DNA of 63,995 nucleotides, filler included, from Licmophora abbreviata (Eukaryota): NCBI GenBank assembly GCA_900291995.1. It is 28 parts of 28 records of this genome, joined end to end, with 100 filler letters (N's around TTAATTAATTAA, not from the genome) between each part and the next. Parts side by side here need not be neighbours in the genome. Positions count along the whole stretch, not along the records: positions 42,273 to 48,378 come from OLMU01005490.1; positions 48,479 to 51,126 come from OLMU01005491.1; positions 51,227 to 52,879 come from OLMU01005492.1; positions 52,980 to 56,216 come from OLMU01005493.1; 24 more parts are not named here. One strand, 5' to 3'. Shown piece by piece: positions 44,299 to 56,171 of this stretch (position 1 is its first letter; each line of letters starts with the position of its first letter). The notes under the pieces were generated by a model. It saw only the letters and a program-made list of their open reading frames with translations, ran no database searches and was not told where the DNA came from. The position numbers and the translations under genes were made by a program.

Positions 44299-45753
44299 AT
44301 GGTCGGTCTTTTCCGAAGACGAAGGGCGTCCGCAGCGACAAGAAACAGAGGACCGACTTCTGTATCGATCGACGACATTGTTCCGCATTTACGTTCGACG
44401 ATGTACATAACTGGGGCCTTTTGTACAGCCTGGAGCTGGGATCTTGTCTTTTATGGAGCATCCCACGTCTCCGCTGGCGAAAACCCGTTGCAGGATCAGT
44501 TAAGCTTTGGAAACCAGCGCGCTCCGAAACACTTCTTCGACCTCCTCCTCCAGTACCTCGTCGTCTGCGGTGGCGCCGCTGTACTCTCTCACTACCTCCG
44601 CTCCAGACGCGACTCATCCTGGTGTCAGGCGGCCGTCACAGCGGTGGAATTCTTTCCCTCCCCCGTCTTTGCGGGAAAGCTCATGGCGTACTTGGGGCAG
44701 TTTGCTCGTCTCGGCACCGTCAAGCGTGCCGTGATCAATCTCGCCGCGACCTGGTTTGCGGCGTCGCTCGCGCATGTCATGCCCATGCTCTTTGGTCCGC
44801 AGCAGGAAGAAATACTGGAAGGACTGCGATTGACACACTTTGGTGAAATTGTGCAGGCGACGCTTGGATTTGGATTGGGCATAGCGTGGAATGTCTTCTT
44901 GGGAGAGTTTGGACCTCAAGATCGATCCGACTTGGACGTGGTGCACCTGATCGGACTCGGATGTTACTTGGCCTGTGTGTCGCTTATCGCATTTCGACTT
45001 GCGGCTGTCGTCAAGGAGGATGTCGTTACACTGTGGGATCGACAGCTCGCACTGCTTTCCTTTGCCTTTTATGTCGTCTGCGCATTCACCTTGGTGACCT
45101 TTCTCAATGCCCTCTTGCACCCGGGATGGCTTGGAGCCTTGGAATCATTCGCTGTCCTTCTTGTGCTATCGGCTGCCATGTCGGCTGTCGTGGCTCGTGT
45201 TAGCTCGCAAGGCAGTGATGCGATCGAGGAGGAGACCGAACAGACCAACACCAAGTTGGAACTATTGCACGGTCCCTGTGGAATTCTCTTGTTTCTACCC
45301 TGCGTCTGGTTCTGTTGTCCATGGATACCTCTCATGTGGGTACTTGCCGGTACATCGGAAACCTTGCTGGTCAAGGAGCACTGGTTCCAACTCATTGCCA
45401 TGGTTGCTGGCTTGGCAGCTTCCATTGACGCCAGTGGCATGCTGACGACAGCTACCGATGCGATTGCGGGCAATTTGGGTATCTGCAGCATGTCCAAGTG
45501 TCATCATCCCTGGCTCTTTGTCCTGCTGCAGATTGTCCTGGCGACGCTTACGACGGCAGTAGTACTTCCGTTGATTGCGCCCCTTGCAAGACCCAACCGC
45601 GATTCACAGCAGTCGGAGAGCAGTGACGACGACAACGCCTCAACCGAGCGCGTGCCATTGCTGCGGCGCATTCGACGGACATTTTCGAGGAGATCTTCAA
45701 GTAGCAAGCTAGTCAAAGATGCTGCAAGCTTTGCTACGTCAAGCAGAGCGTAA
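44299..45753 (+). CDS. Uncharacterised polytopic membrane protein (about 10 TM helices)
   Basis: About 485-aa intronless ORF with many hydrophobic segments and a Cys-rich PCVWFCCPW stretch. Confidence 0.75.
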   Translation: MVGLFRRRRASAATRNRGPTSVSIDDIVPHLRSTMYITGAFCTAWSWDLVFYGASHVSAGENPLQDQLSFGNQRAPKHFFDLLLQYLVVCGGAAVLSHYLRSRRDSSWCQAAVTAVEFFPSPVFAGKLMAYLGQFARLGTVKRAVINLAATWFAASLAHVMPMLFGPQQEEILEGLRLTHFGEIVQATLGFGLGIAWNVFLGEFGPQDRSDLDVVHLIGLGCYLACVSLIAFRLAAVVKEDVVTLWDRQLALLSFAFYVVCAFTLVTFLNALLHPGWLGALESFAVLLVLSAAMSAVVARVSSQGSDAIEEETEQTNTKLELLHGPCGILLFLPCVWFCCPWIPLMWVLAGTSETLLVKEHWFQLIAMVAGLAASIDASGMLTTATDAIAGNLGICSMSKCHHPWLFVLLQIVLATLTTAVVLPLIAPLARPNRDSQQSESSDDDNASTERVPLLRRIRRTFSRRSSSSKLVKDAASFATSSRA

Positions 45754-46115
45754 TTTTTGTAAGAGGCGAGGCGAGAGCAGAGTGCATCGAGTCCCGTCAC
45801 GGCAAACCCCATTCATTGCCAGGCTCATAGCTCTTATGATAATGAGAAATACTACTCGTGTACAGAAGAAGGTATCTCTCAACGTGAGGAACAGTTTCAA
45901 AGCTAGCTAGGTCTACGACTGGGATAGTGCGACAGCTTGGTTCCATGCAGCGCGACCAAAAGTGCACGCGCGCGTTGTCAGCCAGCCGGCTGCGCGTGTG
46001 ACTGCGCCACACATACACAACGGACCGTCTCCCCTTTTTGTCGCAGCAACAACAGCACACTCTTCCCAAGTTCAAAGTACGATACGATAACCGCAAGTAG
46101 AGCTGCTGTAAATCT

Positions 46116-47125
46116 ATGCTAGTACGACGCTCCTGGAGGATCCTGTCGTCCTTGTCTCTCCTCCTGCTGTTCCACACGCTTTGGGTGTTGCAGCGAGTCT
46201 CCCTGGCCTCCGACACGACGACTAGTGCCCTGTCTACTTCACAGGTCCGCCCGCTGAAAAAGACAGCTGCCCTGTGTGCCATTGTCAAGGACGAAGAACG
46301 GTACATTGACGAATGGATCGACTACAACCTGGCCATAGGCTTTCAGACGATTTATCTGTACGACAATAGTGACAATTTTGCAATGCAACAACAAACAACA
46401 GTACAGAGACGACACTGTCCTCGCAAGAACGTGTCCAAGTCGTTCACTTTCCCGGTGTCAAACAGCAGATGCGTGCGTACCAACACTGTGTGGATCACCA
46501 CGTAAGGGCAGATCGTCACGAATGGGTGGCGTTCTTGGATGTCGATGAGTTCTTGATCTTGAAGCAACATGCCACGGTGGTGGACATGTTGAAAGAGCAC
46601 TGTGTGCGAGGCGCTCTGGGCATTCATTGGATGATGTATGGAACCAGCAATCAAACTCAGTATGAAGCATTGCCAGTGACAAAACGATTCATGTACCGTA
46701 ATTCTGCCCTCAACGAGTACGTCAAGTCCATTGTGCGTGTCCACGATCTCGCGAAAGGAAAGTTCATACACAATCCGCATTTTGTCATGCTCCGAAACAG
46801 TAATGGCAATAACGCTACTCGCATGATGGTCGATACGAATGGAACCGAGTTTCCCACGGATCGACCCACGAAGAAGGACAATGGGCCTTCGGATGTGGCA
46901 GTCTTGAATCACTACAAGTTCAAGTCGGAGGGTGAGTTTTACGTCAAGGGCTGTGTACGAGGGCGTGCAGATTCCAAATTCAAGTCGTCTTGTGACGTAG
47001 CGACGATAGCGGGAGAAGTTTATGATGATTCGGCATGGGAGGCTTTGAAACGATTAGTGCCAAAGTACAGAGCATTCGACGAGGCTGGAGGTACTCTGAA
47101 TACTACAAGAACTACTCGTACGTAG
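46116..47125 (+). CDS. Glycosyltransferase family 92 / GT2-like type II membrane protein, with apparent frameshift at about 46390-46400
   Basis: TM anchor; ALCAIVKDEERYIDEWIDYNLAIGF..IYLYDNS; the second frame has QMRAYQHC...WVAFLDVDEFL (DxD), KSIV, LNHY..KS.GEF..K..RGRAD. Confidence 0.85.
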
Positions 47126-47498
47126 GTAGTACTAGCTACCGGTAGTCGATAAGCTGGGTTGTCGTGCTCTCGATTGGGTTTGATGATCGGAGACTCCAGA
47201 GCGAATGCGGATTGTCTCATGCCGCATCAGGGTTTTTTAATCCCTACCCTGTGCCTGGTAACGATCACACTTCTTCCTCTAGACTACTGATGGAGTGCTA
47301 TTGGGTGTTTTCTGTCGGCACGACAGGCACGTCAACTTCTCTTCATCTCTTGAGAGAGGTTCTGACGCGATGACAGACGGCGACGAGTGTGACACGAAAA
47401 TACAATAGTGTTCGCAAAAAAAGGTCCAAGAGAACATTACCTCTCATCGTCATCACTTCACAAAAGATACGCACCCTTCGCCCTCTTGCTCTACCACC

Positions 47499-48281
47499 AT
47501 GTCTCGTCCCGACCGTACCACCATGCCCGGCATGATCTGGAATGCCAATCAAGTGCTCGATGACGCGTTGAACCCCAACACGAAAGGCCTTCCCCGCCAC
47601 TTCTTCGAAGGCGCCATTGGTGTCATTATCCTCAACACCGTCGAGGTGGGATTCATCTTCTCTGGACACGTTGGTACTGGAATCATCCTAGCCAAGGGTG
47701 AAGATGGAACGTGGAGTGCTCCCTGCGCGTGTGGTCTCACGGGCGTCGGATGGGGCTTCCTTGCCGGTGGCGCCTTGCGAGACATTATCGTCTTCGTCTA
47801 CGATCACGACACGCTCCAGAGTATCAGTGCTTCCAACGGGATCAAGTTCGGCGCTCAAGCCTCGCTGGCAATCGGTCCTGTCGGACGCGACGTTGCGGGG
47901 GATCTCCAGCTCTCTGGACAGGGCGTCGGTGCGACGGCCTCCTTTGCCATGTCCAAGGGTGCCTTTGCCGGAGTCAACATTGAAGGCGCCGTAGTGGGAG
48001 CTCGTAACGGCGTCAACCAGACCTACTATCGGAACTCCACCCTCACGCCCTCTCAGATTCTTTTCGAGGGCATGGCCTCGGTCCCCAGCGATGCCACCTT
48101 GATGCCTGAAATTTACAAGAAGCTTGATTTGCTCGCCAACGGAGCTACGGCCGTGCCGGACGAAGCGGCCAAGTCCAAGATCGAGTCGGCTCGTCAGGAG
48201 GCGGTCAAGGCGGGAGAAGAGGCGAGGAACGCGGAGGATGTCGTGCACGTTGAAGCGGCCAAGGAGGCGCAGGAGTCTTAG
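47499..48281 (+). CDS. Stand-alone Ysc84/SYLF domain protein (SH3YL1-like)
   Basis: VGFIFSGHVGTGIILAK..GTWSAP, GWGFLAG, LAIGPVGR, SKGAFAGVNIEGAV..RN.VN..YY. Confidence 0.9.
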   Translation: MSRPDRTTMPGMIWNANQVLDDALNPNTKGLPRHFFEGAIGVIILNTVEVGFIFSGHVGTGIILAKGEDGTWSAPCACGLTGVGWGFLAGGALRDIIVFVYDHDTLQSISASNGIKFGAQASLAIGPVGRDVAGDLQLSGQGVGATASFAMSKGAFAGVNIEGAVVGARNGVNQTYYRNSTLTPSQILFEGMASVPSDATLMPEIYKKLDLLANGATAVPDEAAKSKIESARQEAVKAGEEARNAEDVVHVEAAKEAQES

Positions 48282-48976
48282 TTTGGGAACGAACTTAAAG
48301 GACTTTATGTAGTATCAGGAACGGAACTTTAGGCCTGAGGGAGCTGAATCTGGCGATACGGAAGATCAAGACAGCGAANNNNNNNNNNNNNNNNNNNNNN
48401 NNNNNNNNNNNNNNNNNNNNNNTTAATTAATTAANNNNNNNNNNNNNNNNNNNNNNNNNNNNNNNNNNNNNNNNNNNNTACTCGTAGTACATGGTAGTGG
48501 GATTCTTACGCTCGGTCGTCAGAGGATGCTATACCACATTGGAACAGTTTTCGTTGGCTAGTTAGGCCCTAGAATTAGAATATCTAGAGCAGCTCCACGT
48601 TTAGCATTTCTTTCTCATCTAGTAACGTCCACGTTTTGCGAAATGCTCTGTTGATTTGATGACATCTGTTATAAATGGCGGGTCGGAAATGGGATGGTTG
48701 TAAGGGTCTTGAGAGCTGTAGCGCATTCAGTGGCACCACTGAAACGCCAGAAACCAGAAGAATCAGGAGTGAACAAGAAAAAACTCAGAGAAAGCAAATT
48801 CAGAAGGGCACGTGTCAGCTCTACATCGCATGATTCTTTCTTCTACAAAAGTAATGCAATTACTAAAATATCTGTTTCAGCTTGACAGCCCATGCACGAA
48901 GATTCAGTTCTTGCCCACTTTCAACATGCAAGGAGTGTCTCTCATAAATTGAAAATTCGACTTAATTAGCAGAGGG

Positions 48977-51126
48977 CTACAAAGCTTGGTTAATCTTTGC
49001 ATCATTCTCACTGGGGTATTTGGTGGTTACAACCCTTTTGGCACCATTTGGGCCATTCATTTCTTTGATGACGGACACACTTCCGTCACGTGCAATTCGG
49101 GTTGTCGTTGTTCTGGTTATGCATGGCTTCTTGCCTGGAGTCCTCGCTTGAGGTGAGGTGGTGCCTTGTTGTGCATATTTGGGCTTCTTGATGTGAGCTC
49201 GGACTTGGGTGTGATTCCGTGTGGGTGGTGCCTCATGACGAATCGTTGTCGTCTTCAACACTTTCGATTCTGCCCTGGAGAATGCTCCCGCATCTTGTGG
49301 ATCGCAAGTGTCGCCAGGTGTTGTACTGTGACTCTTGGAGGATGGCGCCTGGTGCAGAATTACTGTTGTCTTTGTCACTTTTCCTTTGGTCCTGGAAACA
49401 TAGTGTTGGACTTTGTCAGTATTTTAGTTGCGAGCCCCCTCTCTTCCGAAAGAAACTAACTTACAAAGGCGTGTCTAACGACATGGCCTTGCTTCTTGCA
49501 ATCATCAAGCTGAGTTGGGCTTCTTCAAGTCGGTTCGTTACACCACTGACCGCTAGTTTGTGCTCAAACTGGGCATGCTCGTCCAAAGGAACTTGGGTAT
49601 TTGTGAGCCTTCTATATTGCTCTTCCAAATCTCCAACTGCATTCTCCCGTTCCCGCAAATCTTCGGTCGCACCATCAAAGCTGAAAGCCACCGACGAGCC
49701 AGCTGTACTTTGCGCTTCATTGCTGCTAGGCTCTCCAGTCCCAGCAGCATCACCAGCTGCATTCAGAGCCTCCATCAGTCTGCTCTTTGCAATAGCCAAG
49801 CTACTATTTGCTTCATTCAGCCGATTCATTATCTCGCTGACAGCCTGAATATGTGCAATCTGGGCGTCTTCGTCATCCTCAGCAATTGACCTGCTAAGGA
49901 GTCGGTCATACTGCGGCTGCAAATTTTTTATAACTTCCTCCCATTCCTCGACTGGCTGGACAAACTGATTGAGGTCTCGGGTCTCTGATGAACCGTCGTC
50001 CACTCTTGCCTGTGTCGCTTCATGTTCTGAGGCCCTAATCTGACTTTCAAGCTTGCTCTTGATGTCGGCCAGTCGCTGGTTATCAGCTTCAAGCTGGCTT
50101 ATACCCGACCTGAACTGCTTTTCTGCAGACCCTCGAGCCTGGGAGTCTTGCACCTCAAGAGCTCGTTCAGTGATCCCAGTGAGATATGGCGCTAGATTAT
50201 CTTTTATGATGGCATCCCTTGCTTGGCCCGCCGGACCCTCTCTTGGCATAACATCTACAACCTGCATGACGCACTCTGCACACACACGGTGAAGATCATT
50301 AGACGATCCGTCCAAGGAAAACTTCGATACACTGAAACCGAGGCAAGTTTCACATGCAAGTCGCATACAACGAGCACAATGTGCCGCCGTTCCCTTAGAC
50401 ATTTGCACCTTACAGCATGACACGCGGCATCGACTTCCGTCCGTCCATATGTGCTGTTTGCCCTTGCTGGGCGCAACGGTCCCCTCCTCCCACAAAGCGA
50501 CAGAAACACCTAGATCGTCGCGAGATGCCAACTCGTTTTGTCGTCGATCCACTCTCACAAGTTTAAACGGCGTGCGTGTGACCTCTTCAGCTCGCCTCCG
50601 CTCCGCTTCTTCTCGCTTCCTAATCCTCTGCTCGTGTTCCTCCCTTTGTCTCCGAATCTGTTCCTCCCTCTCACGATCTTTCACTCTCTTCTCTTTACGT
50701 CGCTTTTGCCAGTCTTCCACGTCATCTCGTGACATATCGAGTGCGTTCGCCTCGACGAGACTCACAATCTGTTGCGCAAGCACTTGATTAGGAACAAGCC
50801 GATCCGAAATCTCAAGCCCGGTGACTGGGCATGATAGACGGATCGGTGCCCGTGCGCCACAGCAAACTGCTGCATCAGCATTGTCCTCCAGTTCCTGGTT
50901 TTCTTCTCGTTCCTGCTTGGCTTCCTCTTCTTCTCTGCGAATGCGACCTTCCTCGTCCTTACGGCGGATTTCAAAGTGCCTCTCAAGTGTTGTACGTTCA
51001 AATGTCTGTCCAGAATCACACAAGACTGGGTCGGCCATGACAACGAAGAGTACCGGATCCTTGAAGAAGTCGATGCTAAACCCTTGTGGTAAAGTTGCCT
51101 TCGGTGCTACTGAAGCTCCTATATCG
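48977..51126 (-). CDS. U-box E3 ligase-like protein with FYVE-like zinc finger and coiled coils (intron 49392-49464; 5' truncated)
   Basis: DFFKDPVLFVVMADPVLCDSGQTFER..L..HF...CPVTG...LVPNQVL (U-box). CRVSCC...HCARCMRLACETC...RVCAEC. The spliced last exon is in frame to the stop at 48977. Confidence 0.78.
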
Positions 51127-51540
51127 NNNNNNNNNNNNNNNNNNNNNNNNNNNNNNNNNNNNNNNNNNNNTTAATTAATTAANNNNNNNNNNNNNNNNNN
51201 NNNNNNNNNNNNNNNNNNNNNNNNNNAGCCATCAGGAGCAGATGATGTGTATGAAGCGTTTTGCTTCTTCCTTTTTCGATTTTATTTTTTCGAGCACTCC
51301 TTGTATGTGAAGCTTTGTTTCGTAGAAGCAGGTACTCGTCTTTACTTTCGTTTGTCTTGCTAGTCGCTCCTTTACTTTCGTTTGTCTTGCTTCTCGTTCC
51401 TATCGGTACGGAGCGTCATTTACCTTCTTCCACGACGCACACTTCTCGCTTTCTTCGCATCAAAATCCATTCGTGCATCTCCCTCATCATTGAAGTATTG
51501 CCTCGTGTATCTTTTTCTGCTTGCGCAAACAGCGAACACG

Positions 51541-52239
51541 ATGAATGGGGATCCGGGAATCCTTCGAGAGATTGGCGTCGTTGAAGAGGATAGCCCTGAG
51601 CTACCGCTGAAACTGGTGTATCCGCCGACCCGCATGCAGAATGAAATAGCTCTGCTACAGAACACTTTGGCACAGAATTTGCCTTTATCTGAACGCAGAT
51701 ACGACGACGAGTTTACGGAGCTAAGACGAAGGCTAGTGCAGACGAATGAGGCTCTTGAGGATGAAATTGAAGTCCTTGAGGCAAGAGCCCAAAGCGCGGA
51801 GGCATCCGTCGAGAAAGAACGAGAGCGGCTCGAGTCCCGGAGAAGACAACACCGACTCGAGGAAGAAGCACGACGGGAGCGCGAAAGGGAGCGATTGAGA
51901 CGTGAGCAAGAGGCCCGTGCGGCAGAGCAACGGCTTCGGCAGCAACATCAAATCGATGAGAGAAAGACCCAGCAGGCTTTAGCAGGCGCGGTTTCACAGG
52001 ACAACAATGCCTCCATCTTCGGTGATTCCGGTGACTTGCGTATGTGCCCAAAGTGTAAGACAGGACCCGTTACGAAAAGCAATTGCAATGATCTGAAGAC
52101 ACATAACAATTCCTCCACGTCGTATAAAGGAAGTGCGGTGTCTAGCACCTCGAAACCAAACAACTGTCTAGGTTGCGAATTCTTCTCGGAGAATTGGAGT
52201 GATTGGTTGCTTTGGGACGGAGTGTTTGGTCCTCATTAA
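51541..52239 (+). CDS. Coiled-coil protein ending in an IBR/RING2-like Cys-His module; 5' end uncertain
   Basis: Glu/Arg-rich helix followed by MCPKCKTGPVTKSNCNDLKTHN...NNCLGCEFF..NWSDWLLWDG. Confidence 0.6.
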   Translation: MNGDPGILREIGVVEEDSPELPLKLVYPPTRMQNEIALLQNTLAQNLPLSERRYDDEFTELRRRLVQTNEALEDEIEVLEARAQSAEASVEKERERLESRRRQHRLEEEARRERERERLRREQEARAAEQRLRQQHQIDERKTQQALAGAVSQDNNASIFGDSGDLRMCPKCKTGPVTKSNCNDLKTHNNSSTSYKGSAVSSTSKPNNCLGCEFFSENWSDWLLWDGVFGPH

Positions 52240-53257
52240 GTTATTTTAAGCTCTAGACATGTTCCTGCATATTGCACATTCATAGCAACATCCCTTGCAT
52301 GCCTGAATCAATTCCCAGGTGCCGCGAGTGGTGGGAAAATCATCGTCGTTGCTCTCATCTCTTCAAATCCCGCCGGACTATTATCCGACTAAGCGGCACA
52401 ATAACAGCCGTGGGAGAACGGCAGGTGGAAGCTGATTCTACTCCCGCTGTATTGGCAATTACGCTCAGGGCCGGTAGCGTCGGGACTGAGTTCAAATGCC
52501 CATCCATTTTCGTATCTCGTCGTGCTCCTCGCTGACGACATCAGATCTTGGAAATGCCTTTGGTAGTCGTTCTTCTTCAAGAACTTCATACACCATCCTT
52601 GACACGATCTGATCAAATGGCTTGTGTAGATTATGCCGTTCGGGCAATGGATGAATGTCGCAGTCACCCGACAACATAAAAGGGGGCCAGCCTGGAATCT
52701 GCTCTGCCTTGAAAGCTCTTCCCAAATGAGACCCCTGCAAGACAAGTATCCCAAAACTCCTCATGATCTCGTTCCCCAGAGCTCACAGATATTCATCGTT
52801 GACGATCTAGCAAGACGTGCAAGGCTTCCGTCGGGAACCTTCCACTGCCAACCAAATATTCGTCCCTCTACATAATCGTNNNNNNNNNNNNNNNNNNNNN
52901 NNNNNNNNNNNNNNNNNNNNNNNTTAATTAATTAANNNNNNNNNNNNNNNNNNNNNNNNNNNNNNNNNNNNNNNNNNNNCAGCGTGATGTTCGTGGATCG
53001 TCGTACCGGCATAACGATACATTTTTCGCGGGTGAGACGCCATCTGAATCGGCACGCGCGCAACCGTGACTGAAACGTGATGCCACACGGAAAAAACATC
53101 AATTCGAGCTTTCCGAGCTCTCCTGTGAGTTAGCCCTCTCGACGGCGATGACACCCATTCACCTTGCCACTATGATACTCTCTTGTCACATCCTCGCGTC
53201 ACTCACGAGACAGACAAGCATTCCTCTTGAAAACACCGGCAGTGCAGATACAACACA

Positions 53258-53506
53258 ATGAGGAATCCCACTGAAACCTTCTCGCCACGCCCACAGCTTC
53301 TCCTGCTCGCTGTGCTTCACCCTAGCTCTGCCTATCTCCGGAAAGTTAGCTCTCACACCGGGATTCATCCAAAAGGACACATCAAGCCTCAGAAATATGA
53401 TTGGATCATTTTTGTCGCCACGTTGCTATTGATGGTGATTGCAATAACTTGGATCATGTGGCGACACAGAAGTAAGAGACGTGTCGGATACCAAGCCGTT
53501 GCGTAA
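53258..53506 (+). CDS. Small single-pass membrane protein
   Basis: 82 aa: signal-like segment, TM helix (WIIFVATLLLMVIAITWIMW), basic tail ending GYQAV. Confidence 0.45.
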   Translation: MRNPTETFSPRPQLLLLAVLHPSSAYLRKVSSHTGIHPKGHIKPQKYDWIIFVATLLLMVIAITWIMWRHRSKRRVGYQAVA

Positions 53507-53912
53507 CGCTATGTACGCTGAGCTGGTGTCTGGTGTCGCGGTCGATCAGGTGCAGTCTATGACAGATTTCAGGCTTGAACATTGGGCCTAACAGATCCAG
53601 GAGAGAGAATTCTGGGCTCCTGCATGGACGTGCGATGTCTTTTGACCGTATACTGGCAGGATCGCAGGGCCCTTGAAGTTCTATCCGAGTACTCTGGAGC
53701 GATGTATACCTGGTAGGGTGATCGAAATTTTCGTGAAGTTGGTAGGTTCCTACAGTTGGCCTGTAGCACGTGGAGACCATACCGGTGTCGAAAATTTCGA
53801 CCGGGTGTGGGGTATCCTCGAAAATCATTCATTGATCTTCCTCTGCAGCCAACAGCCCAGAAGAAGGATCAATACGACGCCGAAGGACTACGGTAGGTGC
53901 TATCAGGCTACC

Positions 53913-56129
53913 ATGCCTTCCGTTCCGTCACAGGTTCCGACGTCGGCTGTTACCTTTATCGAGACAGAACATGGGCGTCTCCGAAGGGCCCAGCGAGGGA
54001 TCGACAAGAAGGACTTGCAGGCGGCGAGAAAGTACGGCGATCGTCAAGATACACACCCACGCCCGAATGGAGACCAGACTGCTATTTACACATACAACGG
54101 CATTGTCTACATTGTTAATGAAATTACCGGAGAGGAAGTCACGTCGTACACATTGCCTCTGGCACTGAGTCAAGTCCCTGTCACTGAGCAGCAACGGCGT
54201 GAACATGTTGCCGCTGCAAAAAGAATCCAACAGAATCTGGACCTTTGGACCTCCAATACTGTCTTGATTGTCGATACTTCAGGAAGCATGCGGAGCGGTG
54301 ATGTCTGGGGCGCAAAGACGCGTCTGAGCGCTGTCTGGATTGCCGTGGCTCTTGATTTTGTTGCCCAGAGGCTGGAAGGGGACGATGCTGGGCACTACGA
54401 CGTGGTGTCGATTGTCTCCTTGGGAGAGAAGGCAAAGATCATTGTACGTGAGCAACCCACCTCTTGGATCCTGTATAATGAAATTATCAAACTTTACACT
54501 TGGGAAGCTGTCAACCCGTACGGCCACGGTATGTACATACCGAGCCTACGAATGGCGGAAAAACTGCTCTGTCGCAATTCAAACGCCTCTTGCGCTCTGG
54601 GTCTGTGTTTCTTATCTGATGGTATACCGTCTGATTTCATCAACATTCGAGATGCTGACCCGCATGACTCGGCAAGAGCGGTCATTAAGAAGCAAGTGGA
54701 GAAATTGGCTTGTCGCTTTGGCCGGCGTCTCACGTTCTCGGCTATTGGCATGGGGAACTCAGACGATTTTGACACGCTCAAGGAAATGGTCGATGCTGCA
54801 AATGAATATCACTCTATTGGGATCTTTCAGCTGCCTTCTCTGACGACATCGGTCTTGGAAATGCCTTTAGCTCTGTTGCAACATCTGTAACGACGACCCA
54901 GACGGAAATAACTGATTTGGGAGTAGCCCGACAGCGGAACGTTCGTGATGTGATGCGAGAATCCAAGACGCATGCCATGCAAAGGACTAGTCTAGTCAAT
55001 GATGTTGAATTCTGGACATACAGGAAGCAAAACGTATGGCGCTCCATGTAAGTCTTTCTGCTACAAGAATTTTGCACGTGGTTGGCAGTGGCTGACCATT
55101 TTTACCGCTTTCGTGTTCAGATACCGAGAGCGGGAGGTGGAGGACAAGAGTGGTCGCAAACGACACAAGGGGGAGTTTCAAAAGGTCCCGCTCCTCCACC
55201 CCGAGGCCGGCGGAGTTGCACTATGCAAAAGAGTCTTCGGAGAAGGAGCCGAGCGATTCGCCTATCGGTTCTTCGAGGTCGCATCTGACCAACGTACAGT
55301 TCTCGGGGGCGCAATGGTTGCTAAGGAAAGTCGTTTTGTTGTCGACACAGAACTAGGAGATGAAGAGAAGCGCCAGCGGTACGTTCAGACTTTCTGTTCC
55401 ACGCAGCAGCTCGCAAAGCGGATTGCGAATGAATTCAATGAAATGATGGATTCAGTCCCTCGAATCGACCGTACGACTCCCCGCGTTACATTCCTAGACT
55501 GTTCTATCTATCACCTGGCGGACACGAATCTCGGCGAAAACAGCATTCTAGTGGAACCTCAGATAAACCATATGCAATGGAAGAAATGGAACTCCAACAA
55601 TGGGGTGAGTGATCTCTTGTCAAAATGATTGTTGTACTCGAACTTCCGCCAAGCTCACACCGATTGCCTGTTCTCGTAGCTCGTCGAAGGGCAGTCAAAA
55701 GATACCGTGAAGAAGAACGAAATTATGGCATTTGACAAGCTTCAGGTAGGTTTTGATGTCATTGAAGAAGGAAGCGAAGGGGGAGAAGACGATGATTCTC
55801 AATACCAGGCAGACACTATCTGTTTTACGGCATCGGAAGTCGCTCAGGCTTTTTCGCATTTCAGCTACTGGGCGACCGGAAGAAAGAGACTCATCTGCGA
55901 TTTGCAGGGTGAGTATGACGAAGAGGCGAACATTTTGCGCCTCTCCGATCCCGTAATTCATTATTACAATCAAAAGAGAGTGGAAAGGACAAATATTCAC
56001 GGAAGGACTGACTTGGGCCGAAAAGGCATGAAAGCATTCTTGCGAACCCATGAATGTAGTAAGTTGTGTGCGTTGGTGACTGAAGGCTTCCGAAAGGCCC
56101 ACCACAGACGCAAGAATACAAAGAAGTGA
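53913..56129 (+). CDS. DUF4258-like domain + vWA domain + alpha-kinase (eEF2K/MHCK family); introns 55048-55120 and 55605-55679; apparent frameshift near 54852
   Basis: TEHGRLRRAQRGIDKKDLQAARKYG; MIDAS motif VDTSGSM...LSDG; kinase motifs FGEGAERFAY, VAKES, KWNSNNG, QAFSHFSY, ICDLQG, LSDPVIH, GRTDLG, HECSKLC. Confidence 0.88.
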
Positions 56130-56171
56130 TATGACAAAAAATATGCATGCTAGAGTTCAAGTTCGCTTGCC

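Noticed and set aside
51340..51391. Direct repeat TTTACTTTCGTTTGTCTTGCT twice
   Set aside because: Only two copies in a pyrimidine-rich, probably intronic stretch; no array structure.
52272..52875. Possible transposon remnant
   Set aside because: No transposase, reverse transcriptase or integrase motifs and no terminal repeats are visible; only interrupted frames.
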